From NCBI RefSeq assembly GCF_000195855.1, contig NC_002677.1, forward strand, positions 3,090,001-3,122,000: a stretch of 32,000 nucleotides of DNA, given 5' to 3'. Position 1 is the stretch's first letter; every line of letters starts with the position of its first letter. The notes below the pieces were generated by a model. It made no database searches and was not told the origin of the DNA. It saw nothing but the letters and a program-made list of their open reading frames with translations. Of the stretch, positions 19,196 through 27,329 are shown piece after piece. This DNA is from Mycobacterium leprae TN. Its GTDB lineage: Bacteria > Actinomycetota > Actinomycetes > Mycobacteriales > Mycobacteriaceae. Made by a program: the position numbers and the translations under genes.

Positions 19196-19698
19196 ATTTG
19201 TTGGATTCGGTGCGAGACGCTCAACGTTCCAAAGTTTATGCAGCTGAAGAATTCATCCGAACGTTGTTCGACCGTGCCGTCGAACATGGATCACCTGCGG
19301 TGGAATTCTTCGGTGCTCAGTTGAGCTTGCCACCGGAAGCACGGTTCGGTTCGGTTGCGGCAGTCCAACGTTACGTTGACGACGTGCTTGCTTTACAGGC
19401 GGTACGGCAGCGCTGGCCGAGAATGTTGCCTCTCACGGTGCGGGCGCGGCGAGCGGCCACCGCAGCGCACTACGAAAACCTTGACGGTGCAGGTGTTATC
19501 GCGGTTCCTGGTAACAACGCTGACTGGGCAATGCGCGAGCTGGTGGTTCTTCACGAAGTAGCGCACCACCTATGTAAGGATCCTCCGCCACATGGTCCGG
19601 AATTTGTCGCCACGATATGCGCACTGACCGAGCTGGTTATGGGACCAGAACTTGGGTACGTGTTTCGCGTCGTATATGCTAAAGAGGGTGTGCGTTAG
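19192..19698 (+). CDS. HExxH metallohydrolase, SprT-like motif (Rv0185-like)
   Basis: 168 aa, translationally coupled to the upstream gene. Motif LVVLHEVAHHLCKDPPPHGPEF, i.e. HExxH followed by a downstream HG..F. Confidence 0.85.
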   Translation: MNLLDSVRDAQRSKVYAAEEFIRTLFDRAVEHGSPAVEFFGAQLSLPPEARFGSVAAVQRYVDDVLALQAVRQRWPRMLPLTVRARRAATAAHYENLDGAGVIAVPGNNADWAMRELVVLHEVAHHLCKDPPPHGPEFVATICALTELVMGPELGYVFRVVYAKEGVR

Positions 19699-19781
19699 GC
19701 GAATTCGATAGCGACCATGCGGTAGCGCGCGAGGTCGAAACCCAGCTGGCTGCCACACCGGGATTCTCACTGCTGATTAGG

Positions 19782-21000
19782 GTGGATGGGGGCCGGGGAA
19801 CCACGATCGCGACGATGTTGTTGATGACGAGCATTCTGCTGACCGCTGGCTACGTGACTGTGATCTCTAAACTCGGCGTTCCGACGTTGATGATGAATGA
19901 TACCGGGCTGGACGTTACCAATCCTGACTACTGCCGCGGTGAGATCGCTACCGCGCTAGCGGCCGGGCTGCCACTGTTTTGATCCTACCTTGGTCCGCGC
20001 CTCGGGTGACGTACGTGCTGGAAGGCATGCAGTCATAGGTTCAACGTACAACTCGCGGCCGTGATCAACATCGTGCGCGACCCGAGCAACCCTCCGAAAT
20101 TTCGAATACCTTTCCTAATAAAAGCTTTGAGTGCTGCCATTGCCGCGGAGTCGATCAACGGCATACAGCATCAGTGGGGCTATCTCGACTATCAACCACT
20201 ACTCGTTGAACTGCAACGAGACCAACCGACTTAGCTGTATGCGGTTATCGACACCGACGTTCACCGCGGATACGGTCTGGCGAGTCCTTAAATTAGAGAT
20301 TGCCGTTGAGCGATAACAAGTAGTAGAGTGCCGACGGCGTACAACAAGGTCAACGGCGACTACGCTTCCAGCAACCTGATTTTACTCAATGACGTGTTGA
20401 AAAGCGGCAGGGTATATCGCAGTTGGGTTATCTCCGATTGGGGAGCAATACCGAACTGGGAGTCCGCACTTAATGGGTTCGACCAAGAATGCGCTGCCCA
20501 GCTCGACGCCGTGTTTTAGCACTCGGGCATTCACTCACCAGGTGCGAAACGCCTATGCCGACGGCAGGCTGTCCAAAAAACGGGTTGTCGGACATGGCAC
20601 GATAGATTCGTGGTCGATGTTCGCTGTTGGGATATTGAATGCCACAGCTATGCTAATATAGCGAATCTGGTAGCGCATCACAAGATTGCCTTGTAGATCG
20701 CATGCCAGGGATTATTGTGCTGCTGAAGAACGACGGGGGCGCTGGCCGTTGAGTCTCTCGTGTCGTCGCGATCATAAGCCGGCTTTACACAGTTCAGTAT
20801 GGTCCGCTGGCTGCAGTTCCGTGCCGTTGTCCCCCGCCGGGGGACAACGGCACGGAATTCCGATCGGTGGGCGAGGGCTGACGGTCTTCCTACGCAATCT
20901 CTAACTCCTGGCATCGAGTCCGTTCACTCGATAACAAAGCAATTCCCCCTACGGGCAAACACATCTCTAGATTGGCGAAACCCGGCATGTAACCATCAAG
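19782..21000 (+). pseudogene. bglS: bglS (GH3 beta-glucosidase) pseudogene with frameshifts, stops and an internal deletion
   Basis: GH3 blocks are scattered over several frames. They include KLGVPTLMMNDTGLDV and NVQLAAVINIVRDPS (about 19840-20090), AYNKVNGDYASSN..LLNDVLK..VISDWGA (20328-20450), IIVLLKNDGG (20711-20740) and a C-terminal-like ..LTPGIESVHSI.. (about 20890-21000). About 1.2 kb remains of a gene that I recall as about 2.1 kb in M. tuberculosis. Confidence 0.8.
20817..20857. repeat. 41-bp perfect palindrome (20-bp arms around one central base)
   Basis: TTCCGTGCCGTTGTCCCCCG C CGGGGGACAACGGCACGGAA, verified base by base with symmetry centre at 20837. Both strands therefore translate to the same AVVPRRGTTARN peptide in the ORF track. 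Confidence 0.95.
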
Positions 21001-21023
21001 GCGGATCCGCACCTAGTGTCCCG

Positions 21024-21170
21024 CTACTTTACAGGCATCATTGCGACACCGCACGTGCAACGGTAGGGGGCACCCGACTTGGAGCAGTTACACTCAACCT
21101 CGATACGAACTCGACAGCCACAACCTTCGTGGCCACAGGTCAGCCAGGTCCCTGTCTCATAGCTTGTCAT
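21024..21170 (-). CDS. mymT: MymT-like copper metallothionein (48 aa)
   Basis: ATG 21170 to TAG 21024 encodes [48 protein letters not shown] (7 Cys). It matches the core of M. tuberculosis MymT as recalled, with all Cys conserved. AGGA lies 4-5 nt upstream. The slot between bglS and the Rv0187-like gene is syntenic. The 80-aa ORF in the track (to 21266) is probably an artefact because its ATG lies inside the -10 hexamer. Confidence 0.8.
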   Translation of the reverse strand: MTSYETGTWLTCGHEGCGCRVRIEVECNCSKSGAPYRCTCGVAMMPVK

Positions 21171-21264
21171 TTGTCCTGGCCTTAATCTGTGTTGGAGGGC
21201 TCGGTGAAGTCCCAAGTGATTGACCCCATTTGGGTTGTTCGGCAGGGCTATTACCCTTATTACC

Positions 21265-21285
21265 ATTATATACCCTCAATGGGTA
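21265..21285 (-). promoter_or_regulatory. CsoR/RicR-type operator TACCC-N5-GGGTA fused to a TATAAT -10 element (mymT promoter)
   Basis: The minus strand reads TACCCATTGAGGGTA (21285-21271) immediately followed by TATAAT (21270-21265). TTTACC sits 18 nt upstream as a weak -35. An additional GGGTA half-site on the minus strand (21256-21252) lies just downstream of the -10. Confidence 0.65.
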
Positions 21286-21399
21286 GCCGGTAAACAACAA
21301 ATCTAAGGATAGATGTAACAGCGCAGACTGGCCGGGCGACCAGTTTATTTTCCAAGAAGTCCCTGCTCGGTTAGCGTGTTCAATGGGAGGCTAGCGGTT

Positions 21400-21940
21400 C
21401 GACCTCCCAGGACGTCGACAGGACTCAATGGCATCAGTGTGGTTGGTCACGATATCCGGTGATGTTGGTGACGTTACAAGCCACCATCGCGGTCAGGCTG
21501 CTCCCCTATGGTCATCTCCATCGCGTCAAGGCACGTTTTCGTAATTGCTGTTCGCTATCATGGGCGATGTCGCATTCTCAATATCGGTAACATCGGGTAG
21601 AGTCAGCAACATTTATCTGGCGCGTGGCTAAGGCCCGAATTACGGGTAGTGCCGCTGGCATACAAGCCAAAGAACGCTTAGGTCGCACAGGTTCAACCTG
21701 CGTCCGGCGGTGCTGACCAGGTGAAGGTAGCGCTTGGCGCGTTACCGATAAGCTAGTAGCGTCGTTCGCGCAGCATTTCGGCTTTCCGAAAACCGTGAGA
21801 TCCAATTGCGGGGGGCTTCGTGAAGCCTTCGCCACCGGCGAGCACAACATCGCCTCGACCTAACGGTCAATAAGTAATTATACGGTCACAGGCAGGTTGA
21901 TAATCACGCGGATGGTGAGAACGCTAGATCTGGAGTAGAT
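21400..21940 (+). pseudogene. Class I SAM-dependent O-methyltransferase pseudogene (Rv0187-like)
   Basis: The + strand reads ..ILNIGNIG*SQQHLSGAWLRPELRVVPLAYKPKNA*VAQVQPASGGADQVKVALG... This parallels the OMT block VLEIGT.gGYS..WLA..L...G.v.tlE.....a.vA..n...aG.ad.v.v..G and carries stops. Later fragments are ..KPSPP.. and ..GRLIITRMVR.. (compare ADKP.., GG.I..DNV). Confidence 0.5.
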
Positions 21941-22045
21941 TTAGGCATACACCCATGACCGTTGGGGTGAATACCAAGCTGACGAGTATCTTGAGTGAAC
22001 CTTCACGCGAACGCATCACAGTTGAGTGCATCGATCATGTCGGCC

Positions 22046-22960
22046 CTACGACGAGACCGGCCAGTCTATCGCAAGCTCACCTCCGGTTCCCATATGCCGT
22101 TCTATCGCGCCACCTTCGATAGCCTCGTCATGGTAATGGGCCAGCACTACTGCACGGGAGCGACCGTGGTTACGCCGTGACAGCGATCGACCAATCGACT
22201 CCAGCGACGACGCACGGCCTTGCGGGCTGTCCATCCAATCCGCCAGCTCAGCAGCGGCGGCTTTCTTGCGTGAGGTTAAAAATGATGACACTACCAACGG
22301 AATCAAGGGGGCCGTAACTTGTTTTACTGCAAGCGCTTCCAGTGCAGCTTGCTTGAGCTGCAACGCCTCGTCGGTCATACCCGGCAGCTCGGGCTCAGAC
22401 TCTCCAAAGTCGGCGACGTCGGTAATGATCTCGCCGCATTCGTCAAACCGCAGTACACGGCCTTCCAGCATGGCTGTCTCGGTTGTGGCCGCCGCTGGCA
22501 CAGGAGACTCTGGTTGCCGCTCAGGTTCGATGACATCCCTCGGCAACACCTCACGCACCACCAGGTGCGCGTTGGCACCGCCAAAACCGAAGCTCGACAC
22601 CCCGGCGAGCGCGTAACCGCCGTAGCGCGGCCAGTCGGTCGCCGTGTCGATAACCTTCAGGCGCATCGCATCGAAGTCGCTTGTTGTGTAGCCGCTACCC
22701 CTAACGACGCGAAACCCAGTTAGAGAACCTGATCAGAGCGTATGTGCTCTGGAATAAATGGATGGTAGCGGAAACGGCGACGTGGCCGCGAACCGCAAAG
22801 GGCATCTGCCGATGCTTAACAGAACGGGGTGCGCGCGAAAAGACCGGGAGCTCTGGGAAACCCGCCGGCTCTGGCGACTGGGGCACCAGCAATGCCATCG
22901 CGAGTACACCACCCGCCAGACCAGACCCCTCGATCTACTCGGGTAGTCGGACGTTCGTCC
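22046..22960 (-). pseudogene. Type I polyketide synthase fragment (C-terminal part of a KS domain plus KS-AT linker), truncated at both ends
   Basis: The minus-strand ORF 22046-22666 contains ..DWPRYGGYALAGVSSFGFGGANAHLVVREVLP.. (KS C-terminal signature). It is followed by linker sequence ..APLIPLVVSSFLTSRKKAAAAELADWM..SLESIGRSLSRRNHGRSRAVVLAHYHDEAIEG... Upstream (22700-22950) KS-like ..GSGLAGGVLAMALLV.. lies in another frame. No KS active-site region, AT, ACP or start is present. Confidence 0.65.
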
Positions 22961-23023
22961 AACCAGGTAGCAATTCGCCTGGCGTGAAAGGCTGGCGCCG
23001 GATGCGGTCAGTATTGGCGAAGG

Positions 23024-24718
23024 CTAACCGCAGACCGCGCCGACCGTCGCCGAACTGACGAGCTTGACGTACTTGGCAAGCACACCGGTGGTGTAGCGTG
23101 GCGCAGGAGGAATGAAATCCTTTTTCCGAGAGGAAAATTCGACTGGATCGACCAGCACATCGAGGGAGCAGCCGACAACGTCTAGCAGGACCCGGTCGCC
23201 GTCACGCAGGAATGCGATTGGTCCCGCTTCGACAGCTTCCGGCGCGATGTGTCCTACGCAAAAGCCGGTCGTTCCGCCAGAGAACCTGCCGTCAGTAAGT
23301 AGCAGAACATCTTTGCCTAGCCCGGCACCTTTGATGGCACCGGTGATGGCTAGCATTTCGCGCATCCCCGGGCCGCCTTTCGGGCCTTCATAGCGGATAA
23401 CCACAACATCGCCTTTGGCGATGGTGCCGTCCTTGAGTGCGTCCAACGCGGCCCGTTCTCCGTCGAAAACCCTTGCAGTTCCTTCGAACACATCGGAGTC
23501 GAGTCCAGCCGTCTTAACCACCGCGCCATCAGGTGCCAACGATCCACGCAGGATCGTAATGCCTCCCGTCGGATGAATTGGATTATGCAACGTGCGGATC
23601 ACCTGGCCATCCGGGTCTGGCGGGGCAATGGAGGCTAGGTTCTCGGCCATCGTCTGACCGGTCACCGTCAGGCAATCACCGTGCAGTAGACCTGCGTCCA
23701 GAAGTGCTTTCATTACCACCGGCACACCACCGATGTGGTCGACGTCGAACATCACGTGCCGGCCGAACGGCTTAACGTCGGCTATATGCGGCACCTTAAA
23801 TCCGATCCGACTGAAGTCCTCGAGCGACAAGGTGACGTCGGCCTCATGGGCAATGGCCAGTAGATGCAGGATCGCGTTGGTCGAGCCACCGAACGCCATC
23901 ACCACCGCGATCGCGTTCTCAAACGCTTCCTTGGTAAGGATGTCGCGAGCGGTTATACCGCGACGCAGCAGTTCGATGACGGCCTGCCCGCTACGCCGCG
24001 CGAAGCCATCACGGCGACGGTCTGTTGCCGGCGGCGCAGCGCTGCCCGGCAAGGACATACCCAGCGCCTCTGCTGCGCTGGCCATAGTGTTGGCAGTGTA
24101 CATGCCACCGCATGCCCCCTCGCCGGGGCAGATCGCCCGCTCGATGGCGTCGACATCAGCGCGGGGCATTAATCCGCGAGAACACGCGCCGACCGCTTCG
24201 AATGCGTCGATGAGCGTGACTTCGTGTTCGGTGCCGTCGGAGAGCTTGGTTCGTCCGGGCAAGATCGAGCCGGCGTAGAGAAATACCGACGCGAGGTCGA
24301 GACGTGCGGCGGCCATCAGCATTCCGGGTAGTGATTTATCGCAGCCAGCCAAAAGCACTGAGCCGTCGAGGCGCTCGGCCTGCATTACGGTTTCGACGCT
24401 GTCCGCTATAACCTCGCGCGACACCAGCGAGAAGTGCATCCCCTGGTGCCCCATCGAGATGCCGTCGGAAACCGAAATTGTTCCGAACTCAAGCGGATAA
24501 CCGCCGGCCGAGAATACCCCCTCCTTGACCGCCTTGGCCAGGCGGTCCAGCGAGAGATTGCAAGGTGTGATCTCGTTCCATGATGACGCAACTCCGATCT
24601 GCGCCTTGGCGAAGTCGTCATCGTTCATGCCGACTGCGCGCAACATGCCACGAGCAGCGGCCTTCTCCAGGCCATCGGTAACGTCGCGGCTGCGGGGTTT
24701 GATGTCAGGGGGCATCAT
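23024..24718 (-). CDS. ilvD: Dihydroxy-acid dehydratase
   Basis: 564 aa. IlvD/Edd family blocks are present throughout (..[12 protein letters not shown].., ..[15 protein letters not shown].., ..[16 protein letters not shown].., ..[11 protein letters not shown]..). Highly similar to M. tuberculosis IlvD as recalled. Confidence 0.97.
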   Translation of the reverse strand: MMPPDIKPRSRDVTDGLEKAAARGMLRAVGMNDDDFAKAQIGVASSWNEITPCNLSLDRLAKAVKEGVFSAGGYPLEFGTISVSDGISMGHQGMHFSLVSREVIADSVETVMQAERLDGSVLLAGCDKSLPGMLMAAARLDLASVFLYAGSILPGRTKLSDGTEHEVTLIDAFEAVGACSRGLMPRADVDAIERAICPGEGACGGMYTANTMASAAEALGMSLPGSAAPPATDRRRDGFARRSGQAVIELLRRGITARDILTKEAFENAIAVVMAFGGSTNAILHLLAIAHEADVTLSLEDFSRIGFKVPHIADVKPFGRHVMFDVDHIGGVPVVMKALLDAGLLHGDCLTVTGQTMAENLASIAPPDPDGQVIRTLHNPIHPTGGITILRGSLAPDGAVVKTAGLDSDVFEGTARVFDGERAALDALKDGTIAKGDVVVIRYEGPKGGPGMREMLAITGAIKGAGLGKDVLLLTDGRFSGGTTGFCVGHIAPEAVEAGPIAFLRDGDRVLLDVVGCSLDVLVDPVEFSSRKKDFIPPAPRYTTGVLAKYVKLVSSATVGAVCG

Positions 24719-24760
24719 CTAAGTATGCGCGGCGTAAGTGTGCCCAAAATCGGCGGGTAA

Positions 24761-24775
24761 TACCCAGTTGGGGTA
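24761..24775. promoter_or_regulatory. CsoR/RicR-type operator TACCC-N5-GGGTA in the ilvD/ricR divergent intergenic region
   Basis: TACCCAGTTGGGGTA at 24761-24775, preceded by another GGGTA (24755-24759). It is followed 5 nt later by TATGCT (24781-24786), a TAnnnT -10 candidate. Confidence 0.6.
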
Positions 24776-24889
24776 TGAGGTATGCTAGATCATCGGCGAT
24801 CGCGCCGAAGTTGGCAACCAAGGTCGATCGTAAGCCAGATGTTGAGCGCGGTATTAGGTTGGCTTGGCGAGGGACTGAATGAGGATACG

Positions 24890-25189
24890 GTGCGGGAAGA
24901 TGACAATCGCTACGGATATTCGCAGCAGAAGGGCAACTACGCTAAAAGACTGCGACGTATCGAGGGACAAGTGCGGGGCATCGCGCGTATGATTGATGAG
25001 GACAAGTATTGTATCGATATCCTCACCCAGATCAGCGCTGTCAGTAATGCATTGCGGTCGGTGGCGCTTAATCTACTCGACGAACACCTGGAATACTGCG
25101 TCAGCCGTGCCGTCGCCGAGGGAGGCAGTGAGGCCGAGGACAAATTTGCCGAAGCCTCGGCCGCTATCGCACGCCTTGTTCGTTCCTGA
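24890..25189 (+). CDS. ricR: CsoR-family copper-responsive repressor (RicR/Rv0190-like)
   Basis: CsoR fold signature ..YAKRLRRIEGQVRGIARMIDEDKYCIDILTQISAV..LLDEHLEYCV.. with the C-H-C ligand set. The preferred start is GTG 24890 (GAGGA 4 nt upstream, 99 aa, a length like Rv0190). Alternatives are ATG 24839 and the track's ATG 24782, which overlaps the putative -10. Confidence 0.85.
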   Translation: MREDDNRYGYSQQKGNYAKRLRRIEGQVRGIARMIDEDKYCIDILTQISAVSNALRSVALNLLDEHLEYCVSRAVAEGGSEAEDKFAEASAAIARLVRS

Positions 25190-25689
25190 TCTGTGCTTAC
25201 AGTGGGGGACGGCGTGACCCTGCGCGGCACTAGTTACCCACAAAATCGACAAACCTAGCTGAAACTACAGCCCACCTGGATGGCTACCGCTACCACCGTC
25301 GGCGTACGACCTTGGAAGCCCCGGATTGCTACGCAATTTGCATTACTGTCCGCAGCGGCTTTTCCTTATATATCACCGCAGAACTTTTGCCTGTAGAGAC
25401 GATATCGATGGTCGCATGGAATCTCAGCTTAAGCTTGTTACTAGTTGCCCCAGTATCCTGGTATGCGCTGTTAGCGGCTCTGACGACCATTCCCGTTAGT
25501 GCGTCGGCCCATCGAGGCATTATCTACCGCAAGCGCCGGTTGATAACGGTGATCATGCTCACGCCGGTAGGCGTCACCGGCCATCGCTCCGCGGGGACAC
25601 TCACCGGCGCAGACGACCCCGACGGTGCGTCAGGGCTGTAGGTGACGGCGGATCGAGTGGGGCTCATGGCAGGTAGATTATTATATTAG

Positions 25690-26700
25690 AGCGCAGCGTG
25701 GCGCTGATGCTGTTGGTCTCGGCGGCCCTGCCCTTGACCTCCGCCGGTAGCTGTTGGACGTCCCGGCGATCACGTCACACGACGACTGAACTTTGCAGTG
25801 ACGTGAATTAGTCGTCCATTAGCTTTCCCGGGGTCACGAAATTAGGTAACTGGTCTGCGCACTATGCCACACTGGCAGGCGTATTTGACTAGAAGGGATG
25901 CATGTCGTCTCATCAGACGAGAGAAGCCGTGGGAAAACCTGCTTATCTCCTCAATTGGTATCGGTGCTTACGTTAGTGTTCAGCACCGGCATTGCCTTGG
26001 TGAATTTGGGACTCATACTATCGGCGACCCAAGTGTGGCCCCTATAGCCGCTAACGCCCTACCGTTGCCGGGCTGGTTGGCACCATCGACGCCGAACCCG
26101 TTGGTCCTGCCGGTGGCCACTTGGTCCAGTGGCCGGAACAGGATCCGTCACCGTTTATCGAAGGCGCTATTCTGGCCACCGGCATTCAATCCAATCAATG
26201 ATGCGATGGCCGATGTGGCCAAGCCGCTCATCATCGACTTCTCGGGGCCAGTCGATTACGCTGGAATGGCCGAAAGAGCCATCCACATTTCGTCGCCTCC
26301 ACCTGTGTTGGGCAGGTAGTACTATAGAAATGAGCCTGATTCGGTTTCGTTGACACCAGATCAACTTCTGGCCCGCCAACCACCGCGGTGAGCACCGCTG
26401 CGAAGGTACCGCGTCGCAACGATGCTGGCAAAGGTTCGCGCTACGGGGTTATATGCAGTATGCTGTCTCTAAACAACACATAAGTACCTTCTGGAGAAGG
26501 CAATGCCGTAGGTGGTTACGAATTCCCCGGCGTATGGAAATTTCGGTTAACTCGTCGTGGGGCTACAAGGTGACGGTCACCGGCGCCGTCCATATCGACA
26601 ACAGCGGTAATTTCGTGCACCGTGGTCGTTCAACGATCAGGGCGTGCTCAATGTCAGCCATAGCTGCATCAACTTCAGCCTCAGCAACGCTGAGGTGATT
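25690..26700 (+). pseudogene. L,D-transpeptidase (YkuD domain; Rv0192/LdtMt4-like) pseudogene
   Basis: A signal-peptide-like RSVALMLLVSAALPLTSAGS lies at about 25690-25750. ..KPLIIDFSGPVDYAGMAERAIHISSPPPVLGR is followed by a stop at 26317-26319. ..WGYKVTVTGAVHIDNSGNFVH.. is in frame 2, then the catalytic block QGVLNVSHSCINFS (26656-26667 = SHSC) is in frame 1. The gene is therefore frameshifted with stops. Confidence 0.6.
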
Positions 26701-26879
26701 CCTACGACAACTTTAGTAGCGGCTATCCCGTTGTAGGGAAGAGTTCTATCTAGAGTTACACACAGAACTACGGCGCGCAGATGGGTATATGTGACGGTCA
26801 CGCGGTCCAGTACACAAAATCCACTCTTTGTAAACACCCGAATTCTGTCCAAATCTATACACCAAAAACTATCGATGTC

Positions 26880-27060
26880 GTCTTCGTTTTTTCGGAAAAT
26901 TTTGGAGGATTTTCCGCCACGCTTGAGGAGTTCTCTTACCAGACAATAGGAGCACCAATGTGCAATTAAAAGTGTTGATAATTGGTCACGGGGGCAGTGA
27001 AAAACTGACATTTATAGCCATTGGTGTGGACTGCTATACTTGCAATAAGGAGTTTCGATT
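26880..27060 (+). pseudogene. LuxR-type HTH regulator remnant (Rv0195-like?)
   Basis: The AT-enriched stretch reads ..FSATLEEFSYQTIGAP.. then ..GAVKN*HL*P.., resembling the LuxR C-terminal HTH (LT.RE.EVL.L.A.G... ..TVKNHL..I) with stops. The match is weak and supported by synteny. Confidence 0.3.
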
Positions 27061-27329
27061 AGACTACTACCAGAACAATCGTGCTCGCCTGATCTCGCCG
27101 AGGGATCGGTGTTCGTGGGATAAGAATCCGTAAACGTAGCAGAGTTTATTCGGGGTCTCCTGGTGTCGGGCGAGATTGTCAAAGACCAGGCCTGCGCGAT
27201 GATTGTCACCGGCCCTGACGTCACTGACAACGCAATGATGGCGGACTTTCATCTTTTGTGGGTACGCCCCAGCTCTGTCGTTTGGTTTCTGGCCGCCCTG
27301 GCTACTATCCTGGTATAGAAAAGCTTTTG

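Noticed and set aside
21171-21266. N-terminal extension making the mymT ORF 80 aa ([11 protein letters not shown]...)
   Set aside because: Its ATG (21266-21264) is embedded in the TATAAT that abuts the operator, so it should lie upstream of the transcription start. The extension has no counterpart in MymT as recalled. It is kept as an alternative only.
21385-21415. tRNA-like T-loop string GGTTCGACCTCCC within GGGAGG-N12-CCTCCC
   Set aside because: The loop is 12 nt rather than 7. I could not build acceptor, D or anticodon arms from the flanks, so it is not a tRNA.
24782-24889. N-terminal extension making the ricR-like ORF 135 aa
   Set aside because: The ATG overlaps the candidate -10 (TATGCT, 24781-24786) and lies 6 nt from the operator. 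CsoR-family proteins are about 90-120 aa, and GTG 24890 has a good SD and matches the homologue length.
26780-27070. Conspicuously AT-enriched stretch, considered as a possible foreign island or novel small gene (62-aa and 124-aa ORFs)
   Set aside because: Translation shows LuxR-HTH-like fragments with stops. AT drift is expected in old pseudogenes, and there are no mobility genes or flanking repeats.
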